NCBI GenBank assembly: GCA_038243585.1
Contig: JBBSQY010000012.1
Coordinates: 3,314 to 67,313 of the forward strand
DNA from: Candidatus Sumerlaeales bacterium
GTDB taxonomy: Bacteria; Sumerlaeota; Sumerlaeia; Sumerlaeales; Sumerlaeaceae
Reading direction: 5' to 3'
DNA length: 64,000 nt
Positions 25,055 through 33,632 of the stretch are shown here, piece by piece. The notes below the pieces were generated by a model, which was not told the DNA's origin, made no database searches, and saw nothing but the letters and a program-made list of their open reading frames with translations. The number at the start of each line of letters is the position of its first letter. Within the stretch, counting starts at the first letter, position 1. A program made the position numbers and the translations under genes.

Positions 25055-26782
25055 ATGACTGACATGACAAGCTTTGCTAACCAGGACACTTTCAGCGATG
25101 ACATGGACGAGGATTTCGGCGCGCTGCTGGAGAACCATCTCCCGACGAAGGTGCCCAAGCGGCAGGAGCTTGTCGATGCCACGGTCGTGCGCCTGCTTGA
25201 TGATGTGGTGCTGCTGAACTACGGCAGCAAAGAGGAAGCGAGCGTGCTCGCGGCCGAGTTCATGGATGCCCACGGCGTGGTCATGGTAAAACCGGGCGAC
25301 AGCATGCGCCTTCAGATGACCGGCCACGATGACGACGGCATACCCCAGTTCAGCTATAAAAAGGCGCTCCAGGCGGAATCTCTCGGGATGCTGGCCCAGG
25401 CGGCCAAGGCTCGGGTTCCGGTGCGCGGTGTGGTTACCAAGGCTGTAAACAGCGGAGTGATTGTGGATGTCGGCGGAGTGCAGGCGTTTATGCCGGCCAG
25501 CCAGACCGATGTGCGCCGCGTAAACGATCTGAACACTCTCATTGGCCAGACCATTGAGGCCTACGTGCTGGAGTTCGACGAAAGCCAGAACCGCGCGATA
25601 CTGTCGCGCCGGGCTCTGCTGTCTGAACGTCAGGATGCGGACAAAGAAAAGTTTATGGAGACGATCACCCCCGGCGCTGTCGTGAGGGGCAAAGTCCGCG
25701 AGGTTCTCGATTTTGGCGCGTTTGTCGAGATTGGTCCCGTTGAGGCCCTTGTGCCCCGCAGCGAAATTTCCTATGAACGCTCCGCCAAAATGGAAGATTT
25801 TCTTGCTCCTGGCCAGGAAGCCGATTTTAAGGTGATGGAAATTTCCCGGGAGTCCGGCCGCATCACCCTCAGCCGTAAGCGCCTTGGTGAAGATCCATGG
25901 AGCACCATCCGCGATACCTATGGCGTGGGAACCAACGTCTCGGGGAAAATCGTTTCCGTTCAGTCTTTCGGAGCGTTCGTCCAGCTTCAGGAAGGCATCA
26001 CGGGCTTGATTCACGCGGGCGACATCAGCTGGGACAGCGAGCGCAAAGTTGTTGAAGACATGTTTAAAATTGGCGACACTGTTACCTGTCTCGTCACGGA
26101 AGTTGACCCTGCCGCGAAGCGCCTGGGCCTGAGCCTGAAACATCTCAGCCGCGACCCGTGGACCGACCTCGTCGACCGCTACCCCGTCGGATCCCGTCAC
26201 AAGGGAACGGTGACGAAGCTGCGGGACTTTGGCGCGTTTGTCCGCCTGGATGAAAGCGTGGAGGGTCTGTTGCACATCGGCGATTTGAGCTGGGAAAAGC
26301 GCCCCACCCACCCGTCAGAATTTGTGTCGGAAAATCAGGAAATCGACGTCACAATTTTGTCCCACGACCTGGAACGCCGCCGCATCGGTCTCGGCGTGAA
26401 GCAGCTCACCGGCTCTCCGTTTGAGCAATTCACCAGCGAAAACCCTGTTGGCAGCGTCATCGTCGCGAAAGTCAGCCGCATTGTTCCTTTTGGCGCGTTT
26501 GTTGAACTTCTGCCCGGTCTGGAAGGCTTGATTCATATAAGCGAGCTGGATGAAGAGCGAGTGGATAAGCCGGAGCGGGTCGTTCGTCTTGGCGAAGAAG
26601 TGCGCGTTAAGATTCTCGATACGACGAAAGACAAACAGCGCATTTCGCTCAGCCTGAAAGAAGCTGTTCGGGATGAAGAACGGGAAAACATTAAGCAGTA
26701 TGGCGGATCGCAAGATGCGCCAAAATCCGGCAGTATGGGTTCTGCTTTCGGCGCGGCGCTTCAGGCGGCAATGAAAAAGTAA
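25055..26782 (+). CDS. rpsA: 30S ribosomal protein S1
   Basis: 575 aa with six S1 OB-fold repeats (G..V.G.V......GAFV.L..G.EGL.H.S). Confidence 0.9.
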   Translation: MTDMTSFANQDTFSDDMDEDFGALLENHLPTKVPKRQELVDATVVRLLDDVVLLNYGSKEEASVLAAEFMDAHGVVMVKPGDSMRLQMTGHDDDGIPQFSYKKALQAESLGMLAQAAKARVPVRGVVTKAVNSGVIVDVGGVQAFMPASQTDVRRVNDLNTLIGQTIEAYVLEFDESQNRAILSRRALLSERQDADKEKFMETITPGAVVRGKVREVLDFGAFVEIGPVEALVPRSEISYERSAKMEDFLAPGQEADFKVMEISRESGRITLSRKRLGEDPWSTIRDTYGVGTNVSGKIVSVQSFGAFVQLQEGITGLIHAGDISWDSERKVVEDMFKIGDTVTCLVTEVDPAAKRLGLSLKHLSRDPWTDLVDRYPVGSRHKGTVTKLRDFGAFVRLDESVEGLLHIGDLSWEKRPTHPSEFVSENQEIDVTILSHDLERRRIGLGVKQLTGSPFEQFTSENPVGSVIVAKVSRIVPFGAFVELLPGLEGLIHISELDEERVDKPERVVRLGEEVRVKILDTTKDKQRISLSLKEAVRDEERENIKQYGGSQDAPKSGSMGSAFGAALQAAMKK

Positions 26783-26842
26783 GGCAACGGATCTTGAGCG
26801 TTGCGGAGCGGCGCTAACAAAATTAAGCTTTTAGTGCAGACA

Positions 26843-26898
26843 CGCAAAGAAGGAGAGGGTGCGGAGAGATCTTTCTCTCGCCTTTTACTTCTTTGCGT
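26843..26898. terminator. Hairpin between convergent rpsA and mutS (candidate bidirectional terminator; overlaps the mutS stop)
   Basis: The outer stem is CGCAAAGAAG (26843-52) / CTTCTTTGCG (26889-98). The inner stem is GAGAGA-tctt-TCTCTC. Confidence 0.4.
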
Positions 26899-29800
26899 CC
26901 TGCTTTAGCTCCGCCAGCACTGACAACGCCTGGAACGGCGTCAGGGCGTTGATCTCCAAAGCCCGAATCTTTTCCAGCACCGGATGATCCTGCAGATCAA
27001 AGAAGGTGAGCTGTACGGTTCGCTCCTCTACCCGTAACGAGGATTCCGGTTTCCCGCCGCCACTACCCGCTGCGCCGGTCTGTACGTGGATCGCATTTCC
27101 CTTTTCCAGGTCCGCCAGTATCCGCCGCGCCCGTTGCACCGCCGTCCGCGGCAGGCCCGCTACCTGCGCCGCGTAGATGCCATAGCTGTGATCCGTATGC
27201 CCGCGGAGAATCCGGTACAAAAAGGCGACCCGTTCCTCTTCCTCATGCACCGCCACGTTGTAATTTCGCACCCGCTCCAGCGGCCCCTCAAGGCCTGCTA
27301 GCTCATGATAATGGGTTGCGAACAGCGTCTTTGGTCTGCGCCCCGGCGTGTTATGCAGATATTCTACCACCGACCATGCGATGGACAGCCCGTCATAGGT
27401 GGAAGTGCCGCGCCCGATTTCGTCCAGAATCACCAGGCTGTTGTCCGTGGCGTTGTTCAGGATGTTAGCTGTCTCGCTCATCTCCACCAGGAACGTGGAT
27501 TGGCCCTTGGCGATCTGGTCCATGGCGCCCACCCGCGTAAAAATACGATCCACAGGCGCCATCCTCGCCTCCGTGGCCGGCACGAAACTACCGATGTGGG
27601 CCATTAGAGTGATCAGCGCGACCTGGCGGATATACGTGCTTTTACCCGCCATGTTCGGGCCGGTGATGATAAGAATCTGCTCCGCCACGTTGTCCAGCCG
27701 CGTATCGTTAGGGACAAATGGTGTCTCTGAGCGGAGGGTTTCCAGCACTGGGTGGCGGCCGTCGCGGATGATAATTTCGGATGGGGGTTGCGGACGGCTC
27801 GGCGAGCTATCCCTACCTTGATCTTCGACGGTCGGTCGCACATAGCGCCGCGCGCATGCGGTTACTGCGAACGAGTAAAGCGCGTCAAGCTGCGCTACCG
27901 CCTGGGCTGTGGCCTGTATCTGCCGGGCCTCCGCGCAAACCGCCGCCCGAAGCTCCTCGAAAAGTTTGAATTCCAGTTCGTTCGCACGCTCGTCCGCGTT
28001 GAGGATGACCTCTTCTTTTTCTTTCAGCTCCGGGGTCACATAGCGTTCGCCGCTGGTCAGTGTCTGCTTTCTGATCCATTCTGGCGGCACCTTGGCGACA
28101 TGGCTGTGGCTGACCTCCAGGTAATAGCCAAACACGCGGTTGAATCCGACTTTAAGATTATTGATGCCCGTGCGTTCCGCCTCGCGCTGGCGCAGGGCGG
28201 CAATCCATGATTTGCTGTCGCCGGTGAGGGAGCGCAGCTCGTCCAGTTCAGCGTTATAACCGGCGTTCAGCATTCCGCCGTCTCGAATAGAGAGCGGCGG
28301 TTGATCGGCAATGGCAGCATTTAGCCGGGCTGAAAGCGCTTCGAGCGGATTCATTTTTGCGGAAAGAACAGTAAGAAGATTTTTCTCGTTTACCGCTTGC
28401 TTTTGCGGGGAGATATCTCTTGTCTCAACGCGTTTGATGTAGTCATTTCTGATATGAGGTGAGTCATGGATATTTTGATCGGAATCGTCATCGTCGCCGC
28501 TATCGGCGGTCTCGGGTGGCTGGCCATTCGCAACAACAAAAGCACTGACGGAACCGTCGACCATCTCGACAAAACCAGCACCTTTGACTCCGACTATGGG
28601 GACAGTGGCGGCAGCGACGATTAAGTCTCGCATCGGCCCGATCCGCTGAAGGCTGTTTTTTAGCGAAAGCAGGTCTCGCCCGTTTGCCGACCCGCAGGAG
28701 CACCGGCTTACGATGCGTTCCATGTCGGCTATGCCCTTCAGCAGGGCGCCGATTTTCTCCCGCGCCTCGTGATTTATCACCAGCGAATCCACGGCGTCCA
28801 GTCGTTGGTTGATGCGAACGGAATCCCGCAGCGGCTGCAAAATCCATGTGCGCAGCATCCGGCCGCCCATGGGCGTCGCTGTGCGGTCCAGCACCTCGAA
28901 CAGCGTATGACGCCGCGAGGCGTCGGTCAAATTGGTCACCAGTTCCAGGCTGCGCTGCGTGGTGCCGTCCAGCACCATGTAATCGCCCGGGTGGTGCATC
29001 CGCACTTCGTTCACATGGATGAGCTGTCCGCGCTGAGTCTCGGCCAGGTACTGCAGGATCACTCCCGCCGCGCGCGTCGCCAGCACGCTTTCTTCCAGCC
29101 CAAAGCCGTGCAGGTCGCGGGTCCCGAAATGTTGAATCAGCGCCTGGCGTGCTGCGTAATGGGTCGCCCCTGATGGGTCGACCGTGGCCAGCGGCAACGT
29201 CTGCCCCCGCAGGTCGTTCGCGCCGCCGGGAGAATTGTCCAGCGACAGCGCAGCGATCACATCGCCGCCCTCGAACCAGTTCCGCTGATCAGAAGTCACC
29301 ACCACTTCGCTCGGGGATAACCGCACCAGTTCCGTAATGCACTCCGCTGCGCAATCCGCCGCCGAAAACTCACAAACAAGGAACTCGCCCGTGGAAAAAT
29401 CCAGCGCCGCCAGCCCCAACGCCGTGGCACGCTTATCCTCAGTGGTATCCGCGGCGATCAGCGCCACCAGGTAATTGTTCGCCTTGTCCGACAACAGCGA
29501 TTCTTCCAGCACGGTGCCGGGCGTGACCACCCGCACAACCTCGCGCCGCACCACGCCCTTCGCTGTCTTGGGGTTCTCTGTCTGCTCACACATGGCCACG
29601 CGATACCCGGCCCGGATCATCCGCGCCAGGTAGCCGTCCACGCTGTGATAAGGCACTCCCGCCAGCGGCACAGGGCTGCCGTCTATGTCTGTCCCGCGGC
29701 TTGTCAGCGTGATGCCCATTACTTCGGAACAGGTGCGCGCGTCCTCGAAAAACATCTCATAGAAATCGCCGCACCGGAAAAACAGCACGTGATCCGGGTG

Positions 29801-29902
29801 TTCCGCCTTAATCTGCTGATACTGACGCAGCAGCGGGGTCAATTCACCGACGCCGCTTTTGGCTGGTTTGGCTTTGGACGGCTCTTTTGATTGGTCTGTC
29901 AT
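26885..29902 (-). CDS. mutS: DNA mismatch repair protein MutS (unusually long, 1005 aa, with two insertions)
   Basis: The N-terminal mismatch-binding region is LTPLLRQYQQIKAEHPD..LFFRCGDFYEMF. Walker A is GPNMAGKSTYIRQ and Walker B is LVILDEIGRGTSTYDG. Confidence 0.9.
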   Translation of the reverse strand: MTDQSKEPSKAKPAKSGVGELTPLLRQYQQIKAEHPDHVLFFRCGDFYEMFFEDARTCSEVMGITLTSRGTDIDGSPVPLAGVPYHSVDGYLARMIRAGYRVAMCEQTENPKTAKGVVRREVVRVVTPGTVLEESLLSDKANNYLVALIAADTTEDKRATALGLAALDFSTGEFLVCEFSAADCAAECITELVRLSPSEVVVTSDQRNWFEGGDVIAALSLDNSPGGANDLRGQTLPLATVDPSGATHYAARQALIQHFGTRDLHGFGLEESVLATRAAGVILQYLAETQRGQLIHVNEVRMHHPGDYMVLDGTTQRSLELVTNLTDASRRHTLFEVLDRTATPMGGRMLRTWILQPLRDSVRINQRLDAVDSLVINHEAREKIGALLKGIADMERIVSRCSCGSANGRDLLSLKNSLQRIGPMRDLIVAAATVPIVGVKGAGFVEMVDGSVSAFVVANGQPPETADSGDDDDSDQNIHDSPHIRNDYIKRVETRDISPQKQAVNEKNLLTVLSAKMNPLEALSARLNAAIADQPPLSIRDGGMLNAGYNAELDELRSLTGDSKSWIAALRQREAERTGINNLKVGFNRVFGYYLEVSHSHVAKVPPEWIRKQTLTSGERYVTPELKEKEEVILNADERANELEFKLFEELRAAVCAEARQIQATAQAVAQLDALYSFAVTACARRYVRPTVEDQGRDSSPSRPQPPSEIIIRDGRHPVLETLRSETPFVPNDTRLDNVAEQILIITGPNMAGKSTYIRQVALITLMAHIGSFVPATEARMAPVDRIFTRVGAMDQIAKGQSTFLVEMSETANILNNATDNSLVILDEIGRGTSTYDGLSIAWSVVEYLHNTPGRRPKTLFATHYHELAGLEGPLERVRNYNVAVHEEEERVAFLYRILRGHTDHSYGIYAAQVAGLPRTAVQRARRILADLEKGNAIHVQTGAAGSGGGKPESSLRVEERTVQLTFFDLQDHPVLEKIRALEINALTPFQALSVLAELKQDAKK
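27792..27819 (+). repeat. Dispersed ~27 nt motif R1 (GGACGGCTCGGCGAGCYATCCCTACC), copy inside mutS
   Basis: ggacggctcggcgagctatccctacctt is read on the opposite strand, in frame, as GRDSSPSRP within MutS. Confidence 0.75.
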
Positions 29903-29954
29903 GGGTTTGGTTACGGATCAGTTATGAGTTCGTGGCCGGGGTATTCCTTGAACG

Positions 29955-29981
29955 GGTAGGGATGGGCCGCCGAGCCGTACG
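29955..29981 (-). repeat. Motif R1, inverted copy in the mutS / amidotransferase intergenic region
   Basis: ggtagggatgggccgccgagccgtacg matches the reverse complement of R1 at about 24/27 by hand alignment. Confidence 0.55.
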
Positions 29982-30055
29982 AAGCCCATGCGAATTGTGC
30001 ACGCGGATAAGCTGGCCCACGGAATACTGAACCGGCAAACCGGGTAAACAGGTTC

Positions 30056-30826
30056 ATGTATATCTCAAAAATTCTTCCAGTGGCGCTCATACTTGCCACA
30101 TCTGCCCTCGCGCAGGCAGCCCCTCTTATCGGCATTAACGTCGACGCTTCCGGCGACTCCGTGACCGATACCCGCTTTGTCCTCTCGTCCAGTTACGTCG
30201 ACGCCATCACCAGCGCTGGCGGCATTCCCCTGCTGCTGCCTCCGGCACTCAATCCTGACGCAGTTGCGCGTTATGCGGAGCTGTGCGACGGCTTTCTATT
30301 CACTGGCGGGCGCGACATAAACCCCAGCCGCTATGGCAACGAGATGAGCACTTATACGAAACTCGTAAACCCGCGCCGCGAAAACTTTGATTTCGCGCTC
30401 ATTGATGCGGTTCTGGCAGCAAAAAAGCCGATTTTGGGTATTTGTCTCGGATCGCAGGAGTTAAACGTGGCGCTGGGCGGCAGCATGATTCAGGATCTGC
30501 CCACGGAAACGTCGTCTACCGTTGCCCATAAGCCGGGCAACGTTGAGAACTATGCGCACTTCGTGGAAGTAACCACGGGTACGAAGCTACAGGACATCAC
30601 TGGCACGACCACCCTGCAGGTAAACAGCAGCCACCACCAGGCCTGTGACCGCCTGGGCAGCGGCGTTTTGGTAATGGCCCGTGCGCCGGATGGCATCGTG
30701 GAAAGCTTTCAGGTGGAAAATCAACCTTTCGCCATGGGAGTTCAGTGGCACCCGGAACACCTGACCACCGCGCCGGAACATCTGGCAGTATATGAGGCGC
30801 TGGTAAAAGCCGCCGAAAAGAAGTAG
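30056..30826 (+). CDS. Class I glutamine amidotransferase / peptidase C26 (gamma-glutamyl-GABA hydrolase-like)
   Basis: The motifs are PILGICLGSQELNVALGG (nucleophile Cys), SHHQA and GVQWHPE. It has an N-terminal signal-like leader. Confidence 0.8.
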   Translation: MYISKILPVALILATSALAQAAPLIGINVDASGDSVTDTRFVLSSSYVDAITSAGGIPLLLPPALNPDAVARYAELCDGFLFTGGRDINPSRYGNEMSTYTKLVNPRRENFDFALIDAVLAAKKPILGICLGSQELNVALGGSMIQDLPTETSSTVAHKPGNVENYAHFVEVTTGTKLQDITGTTTLQVNSSHHQACDRLGSGVLVMARAPDGIVESFQVENQPFAMGVQWHPEHLTTAPEHLAVYEALVKAAEKK

Positions 30827-31031
30827 CATAGGCGTCCCGCCTGTGTGACGCGGGCGGGAAATATAACCCTAAATAGCCATTCATTCACCCAAACATGATC
30901 GGCTTGGTTTCAACGCTGTAACCTGTTGGCGGGGGGTGCGGGCGTTTATCGCCTCCGCCGGCAGTCCGGGGTTCGTGCCGCGTACGGTCACGTCCCGGAG
31001 GCGGAGGATCCAGTTTAAAGTTTCTCCGGAA

Positions 31032-31481
31032 TCAATATTGGACAGCCTCATTCCAATCGACTTGAGCCGGTGCGGTTTCAGGTTCAAAATACCACAAATC
31101 GTTTTGCCGTAAAATACGGGGATAGGGGTCATAGCTAACTATTCCGCCAAATAGCCAGAGCCGTCCCGATGCGCCATACCAAGCCGGCGCATGCGAGCGG
31201 GCACCGGGATGTGCTGTAACTCCTTCCGCTGGATAAACTGCCATTTCATCAACTCGGGATGACCCATTAATCCATGTCCAGTTTCCGGTTGCAGTATTGT
31301 AGTTCCATAAAGCTGCTGAAGTTTCATTTGCCGGCCCGACAATTCCACCCATAAGCCACAGATGGTCTGTGGAATCATTCCATCCTATAGCTCCAAATGC
31401 CCGCGGTGGATTATTGCCAGGCGCGGGAACCCCTTGTTCACCGTATATGGCTTCTCCTGTTGGCCGATCAACACCCTTCAT
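31032..31481 (-). CDS. Kelch-repeat beta-propeller protein, C-terminal fragment (continuous in frame with 31482..32522 across a TAG)
   Basis: It contains the repeats HLWLMGG...WNYNTATGNWTWINGS...RLWLFGG...NDLWYFEP. Its first codon directly abuts the upstream TAG. Confidence 0.75.
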   Translation of the reverse strand: MKGVDRPTGEAIYGEQGVPAPGNNPPRAFGAIGWNDSTDHLWLMGGIVGPANETSAALWNYNTATGNWTWINGSSRVDEMAVYPAEGVTAHPGARSHAPAWYGASGRLWLFGGIVSYDPYPRILRQNDLWYFEPETAPAQVDWNEAVQY

Positions 31482-32522
31482 CTAGGTCCAAAGCCCCGTT
31501 GACGGCGTAAACTTCCATAGATCGTTAAGGAAGCCGCCTGACGTAGCGCCAAATCCAGACCCTCCAAACAGCCATAAGTTTCCTTGAGAATCCGTCCAAG
31601 ATACACTGCCGTCTCTTGCACCGGGAATGTTGTCTGGCGCCTGCACTCCCTGCACCCCATACGTTCCACGGCTGTTAAAAGTGTTGCTTCCTCCCACCCA
31701 TGTCCACCTGTTGGATGTCGGATTATATCTCCAGAAATCATTCAACGCTACCTGTTGCGAACCGGAGGTTGTTCTTCCTCCGAACATCCACAGATCGCCT
31801 TTGCTGTCTGCCCATGAGGCAGCCCTATACCTGGCGCCAGGGCAGGTTTCCGTAGTTGCGATATCACGAATTCCGTAATTGCCCGGCTGGTTTTTCTGGT
31901 CGCTGCCATGCTTCCATGTCCAATTGTCTGTTAAAGGCTCATATTTCCACAGGTCGTTAAAGCTAGATCCCGGTGATCCGACGCTCCCCCCAAACAACCA
32001 CAAAATTCCGGAACTATCGACCCATGTAGATGCCGCATCTCGCGCCCCTGGAGAGTTCGCGGGGTTACCCTCTCCCTTTGTGCCATATATGCCAGGTGCA
32101 TTAGGACTACTGCTTCCTTTCATCCACGTCCAATAGCCGGTTTCGGTGTTATACTTCCACAGGTCATTCATGATTCCGTAGCTATTTCCGCCGAAGAGCC
32201 ACAAATTCCCATCTGTTCCTGTCCGTGCGGAGGCACTAGACCTGACTCCCGGCCAATTTGCAGGCGCGGATTCTCCCAGTGCTCCGTAAAACGCGTCGCG
32301 GGGCTGAGGGCTCCCATTAAAGCAGGTCCATTGATTAGGAGCGGCGTGAGATGAGTGGGATAATAGGACGAAGATTAGTAGCGCCGGAACCGTGCGCAAG
32401 GCACTGTGGAAGCTGCGCAAAAGTCTTGCCGGTAAATTAAGTTTTGCCATCGGGCAAAAACTGATCTGGTTGCCTTTAAACATACGTCGGCTTTCGAGTA
32501 ACGATATAGGCAACAATACCAT
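31482..32522 (-). CDS. Kelch-repeat beta-propeller protein, N-terminal fragment (ends at an in-frame TAG replacing a conserved Trp)
   Basis: It has a signal peptide (likely start MAKLNLPA... at 32450). Five repeats of the form NLWLFGG....NDLWKY.....WTW(M/K/V).GS follow. It ends at ...STGLWT-TAG. Confidence 0.8.
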   Translation of the reverse strand: MVLLPISLLESRRMFKGNQISFCPMAKLNLPARLLRSFHSALRTVPALLIFVLLSHSSHAAPNQWTCFNGSPQPRDAFYGALGESAPANWPGVRSSASARTGTDGNLWLFGGNSYGIMNDLWKYNTETGYWTWMKGSSSPNAPGIYGTKGEGNPANSPGARDAASTWVDSSGILWLFGGSVGSPGSSFNDLWKYEPLTDNWTWKHGSDQKNQPGNYGIRDIATTETCPGARYRAASWADSKGDLWMFGGRTTSGSQQVALNDFWRYNPTSNRWTWVGGSNTFNSRGTYGVQGVQAPDNIPGARDGSVSWTDSQGNLWLFGGSGFGATSGGFLNDLWKFTPSTGLWT

Positions 32523-32716
32523 CTATAGCAGGATCGCTGTCAACTACTAGCCTGGCTAGCTAACAGAAACAGGTAAAACCCGCGTCAAAGTTAATATTTT
32601 CAACCGCGCCGTGATGCTCTTGTATAAGCCGAGGAAACCATCTGTACCGCATACCCACCTCAAATCCAGGCGCATCACCGTTCAGCCAGACTCCCTGGTG
32701 GCTTTGGTCTATAGAA

Positions 32717-32764
32717 AAGCGGTAGCCGGGCGGGCACTACCCGCTCTGCTACCGCAGTCCAAAT
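32717..32764 (+). repeat. 48 nt hairpin repeat family R3, copy 3
   Basis: aagcggtagccgggcgggcactacccgctctgctaccgcagtccaaat has the same length, ends and stem (GCGGTAGC/GCTACCGC) as 5956..6003. Confidence 0.7.
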
Positions 32765-32836
32765 ACGCGCATGTTGGTGCCGGGGTTGAAGTTGCAGATA
32801 CGGAATCTGCCAAGCAGAATCGCAAATATGGGTAAT

Positions 32837-32868
32837 AAAAAAACCGCCGCCTTGCGGGCGGCGGTTTT
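32837..32868 (-). terminator. Rho-independent terminator (9 bp GC stem, T7 tail on the minus strand)
   Basis: aaaaaaACCGCCGCCttgcgGGCGGCGGTtttt lies 5 nt downstream of the minus-strand stop at 32873. Confidence 0.85.
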
Positions 32869-32872
32869 AATG

Positions 32873-33466
32873 CTATTCTTCGTCGTTTTCCTCGTCGTCG
32901 TCGTCATCGTCCGAGTCATATTCTTCTTCGTCCATCTCACGAATGCGAAGCACGCCTTCCTGATCGTGAAATCCGATGCAGACCACAACTTCTGGATCCG
33001 GCAGGATATCAACGCAGCGGCCAAATGCCGCTATGGTGCGGGCAATCAGGTAACCATTAATGCCACGATCTTTGTCTTCGGTGTCAAAAGACGCTTCAAA
33101 GAGATCGGCCAGCTCGGGAGCGGCGGGGCCTTCGATTTCCTCATCGGGAACCGTTGCCCAGTCGTCGTCTTCCTCTTCTTCTGAGTTGTACTCAGAGCAA
33201 AGGAAGAACGCGCCGGTCCAGTGGTTTTCCATTTCGTATTCGAAATAGACCGCCACGGCGTCAATCTCTTCCGCCTCTTCGTAAGAGCGTTTCAGGCCTT
33301 CTTCAAGCTCTTCCATGTAATCAGCCAGGTCAACTTCGGCGATTTTTTTTGCCGAGTCTTTCCCGGCAAGTTTTTCGCACCTTTTTTTGGCTGCTTTTTC
33401 CAGACCATCCCAATCGCCTTCGGCGATGTAGTCTTTCATCTCTTCTATCTGATCATATATACGCAC
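32873..33466 (-). CDS. Highly acidic hypothetical protein
   Basis: The ORF-track ORF is 32873..33697, but its 5' part overlaps treS. The likely start is GTG 33466 or ATG 33439. It has a poly-Asp/Glu tail (EEEYDSDDDDDDEENDEE) and a core reading YFEYEMENHWTGAFFLCSEYN. Confidence 0.5.
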   Translation of the reverse strand: MRIYDQIEEMKDYIAEGDWDGLEKAAKKRCEKLAGKDSAKKIAEVDLADYMEELEEGLKRSYEEAEEIDAVAVYFEYEMENHWTGAFFLCSEYNSEEEEDDDWATVPDEEIEGPAAPELADLFEASFDTEDKDRGINGYLIARTIAAFGRCVDILPDPEVVVCIGFHDQEGVLRIREMDEEEYDSDDDDDDEENDEE

Positions 33467-33632
33467 GGTGCCGGTCTCCGGTTTTACAGTCGCTCGAAAC
33501 AGCCGGCATGGTGCCCGGCTCCGAGAAAACAACCGTAAAGAGCATGGCACAAAAAATTTCCCTTGCGCCCATAAATCAACATACTCAAAATAATTTTGTA
33601 TATCCGGCACGGGTTTTGTAGATGCTCTCACT

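Noticed and set aside
24941-26311. 456 aa minus-strand ORF opposite rpsA. Similar long antisense ORFs are 18518..19273, 38857..39618, 40218..41075, 45653..46414, 62633..63496, 10470..11051 and 6470..7093.
   Set aside because: Each is antisense to a gene with strong family motifs. They have an Arg/His/Pro/Gly-rich composition, typical of spurious shadow frames in GC-rich coding DNA.
30836-30866. Possible terminator hairpin after the amidotransferase gene (TCCCGCC...GGCGGGA)
   Set aside because: The stem is short, the loop is long, and there is no downstream T-run. Support is too weak to annotate.
30881-31132. 83 aa ORF overlapping the 3' end of the Kelch gene
   Set aside because: It overlaps the Kelch frame by 100 nt, has no motifs, and lies in the short convergent intergenic region.
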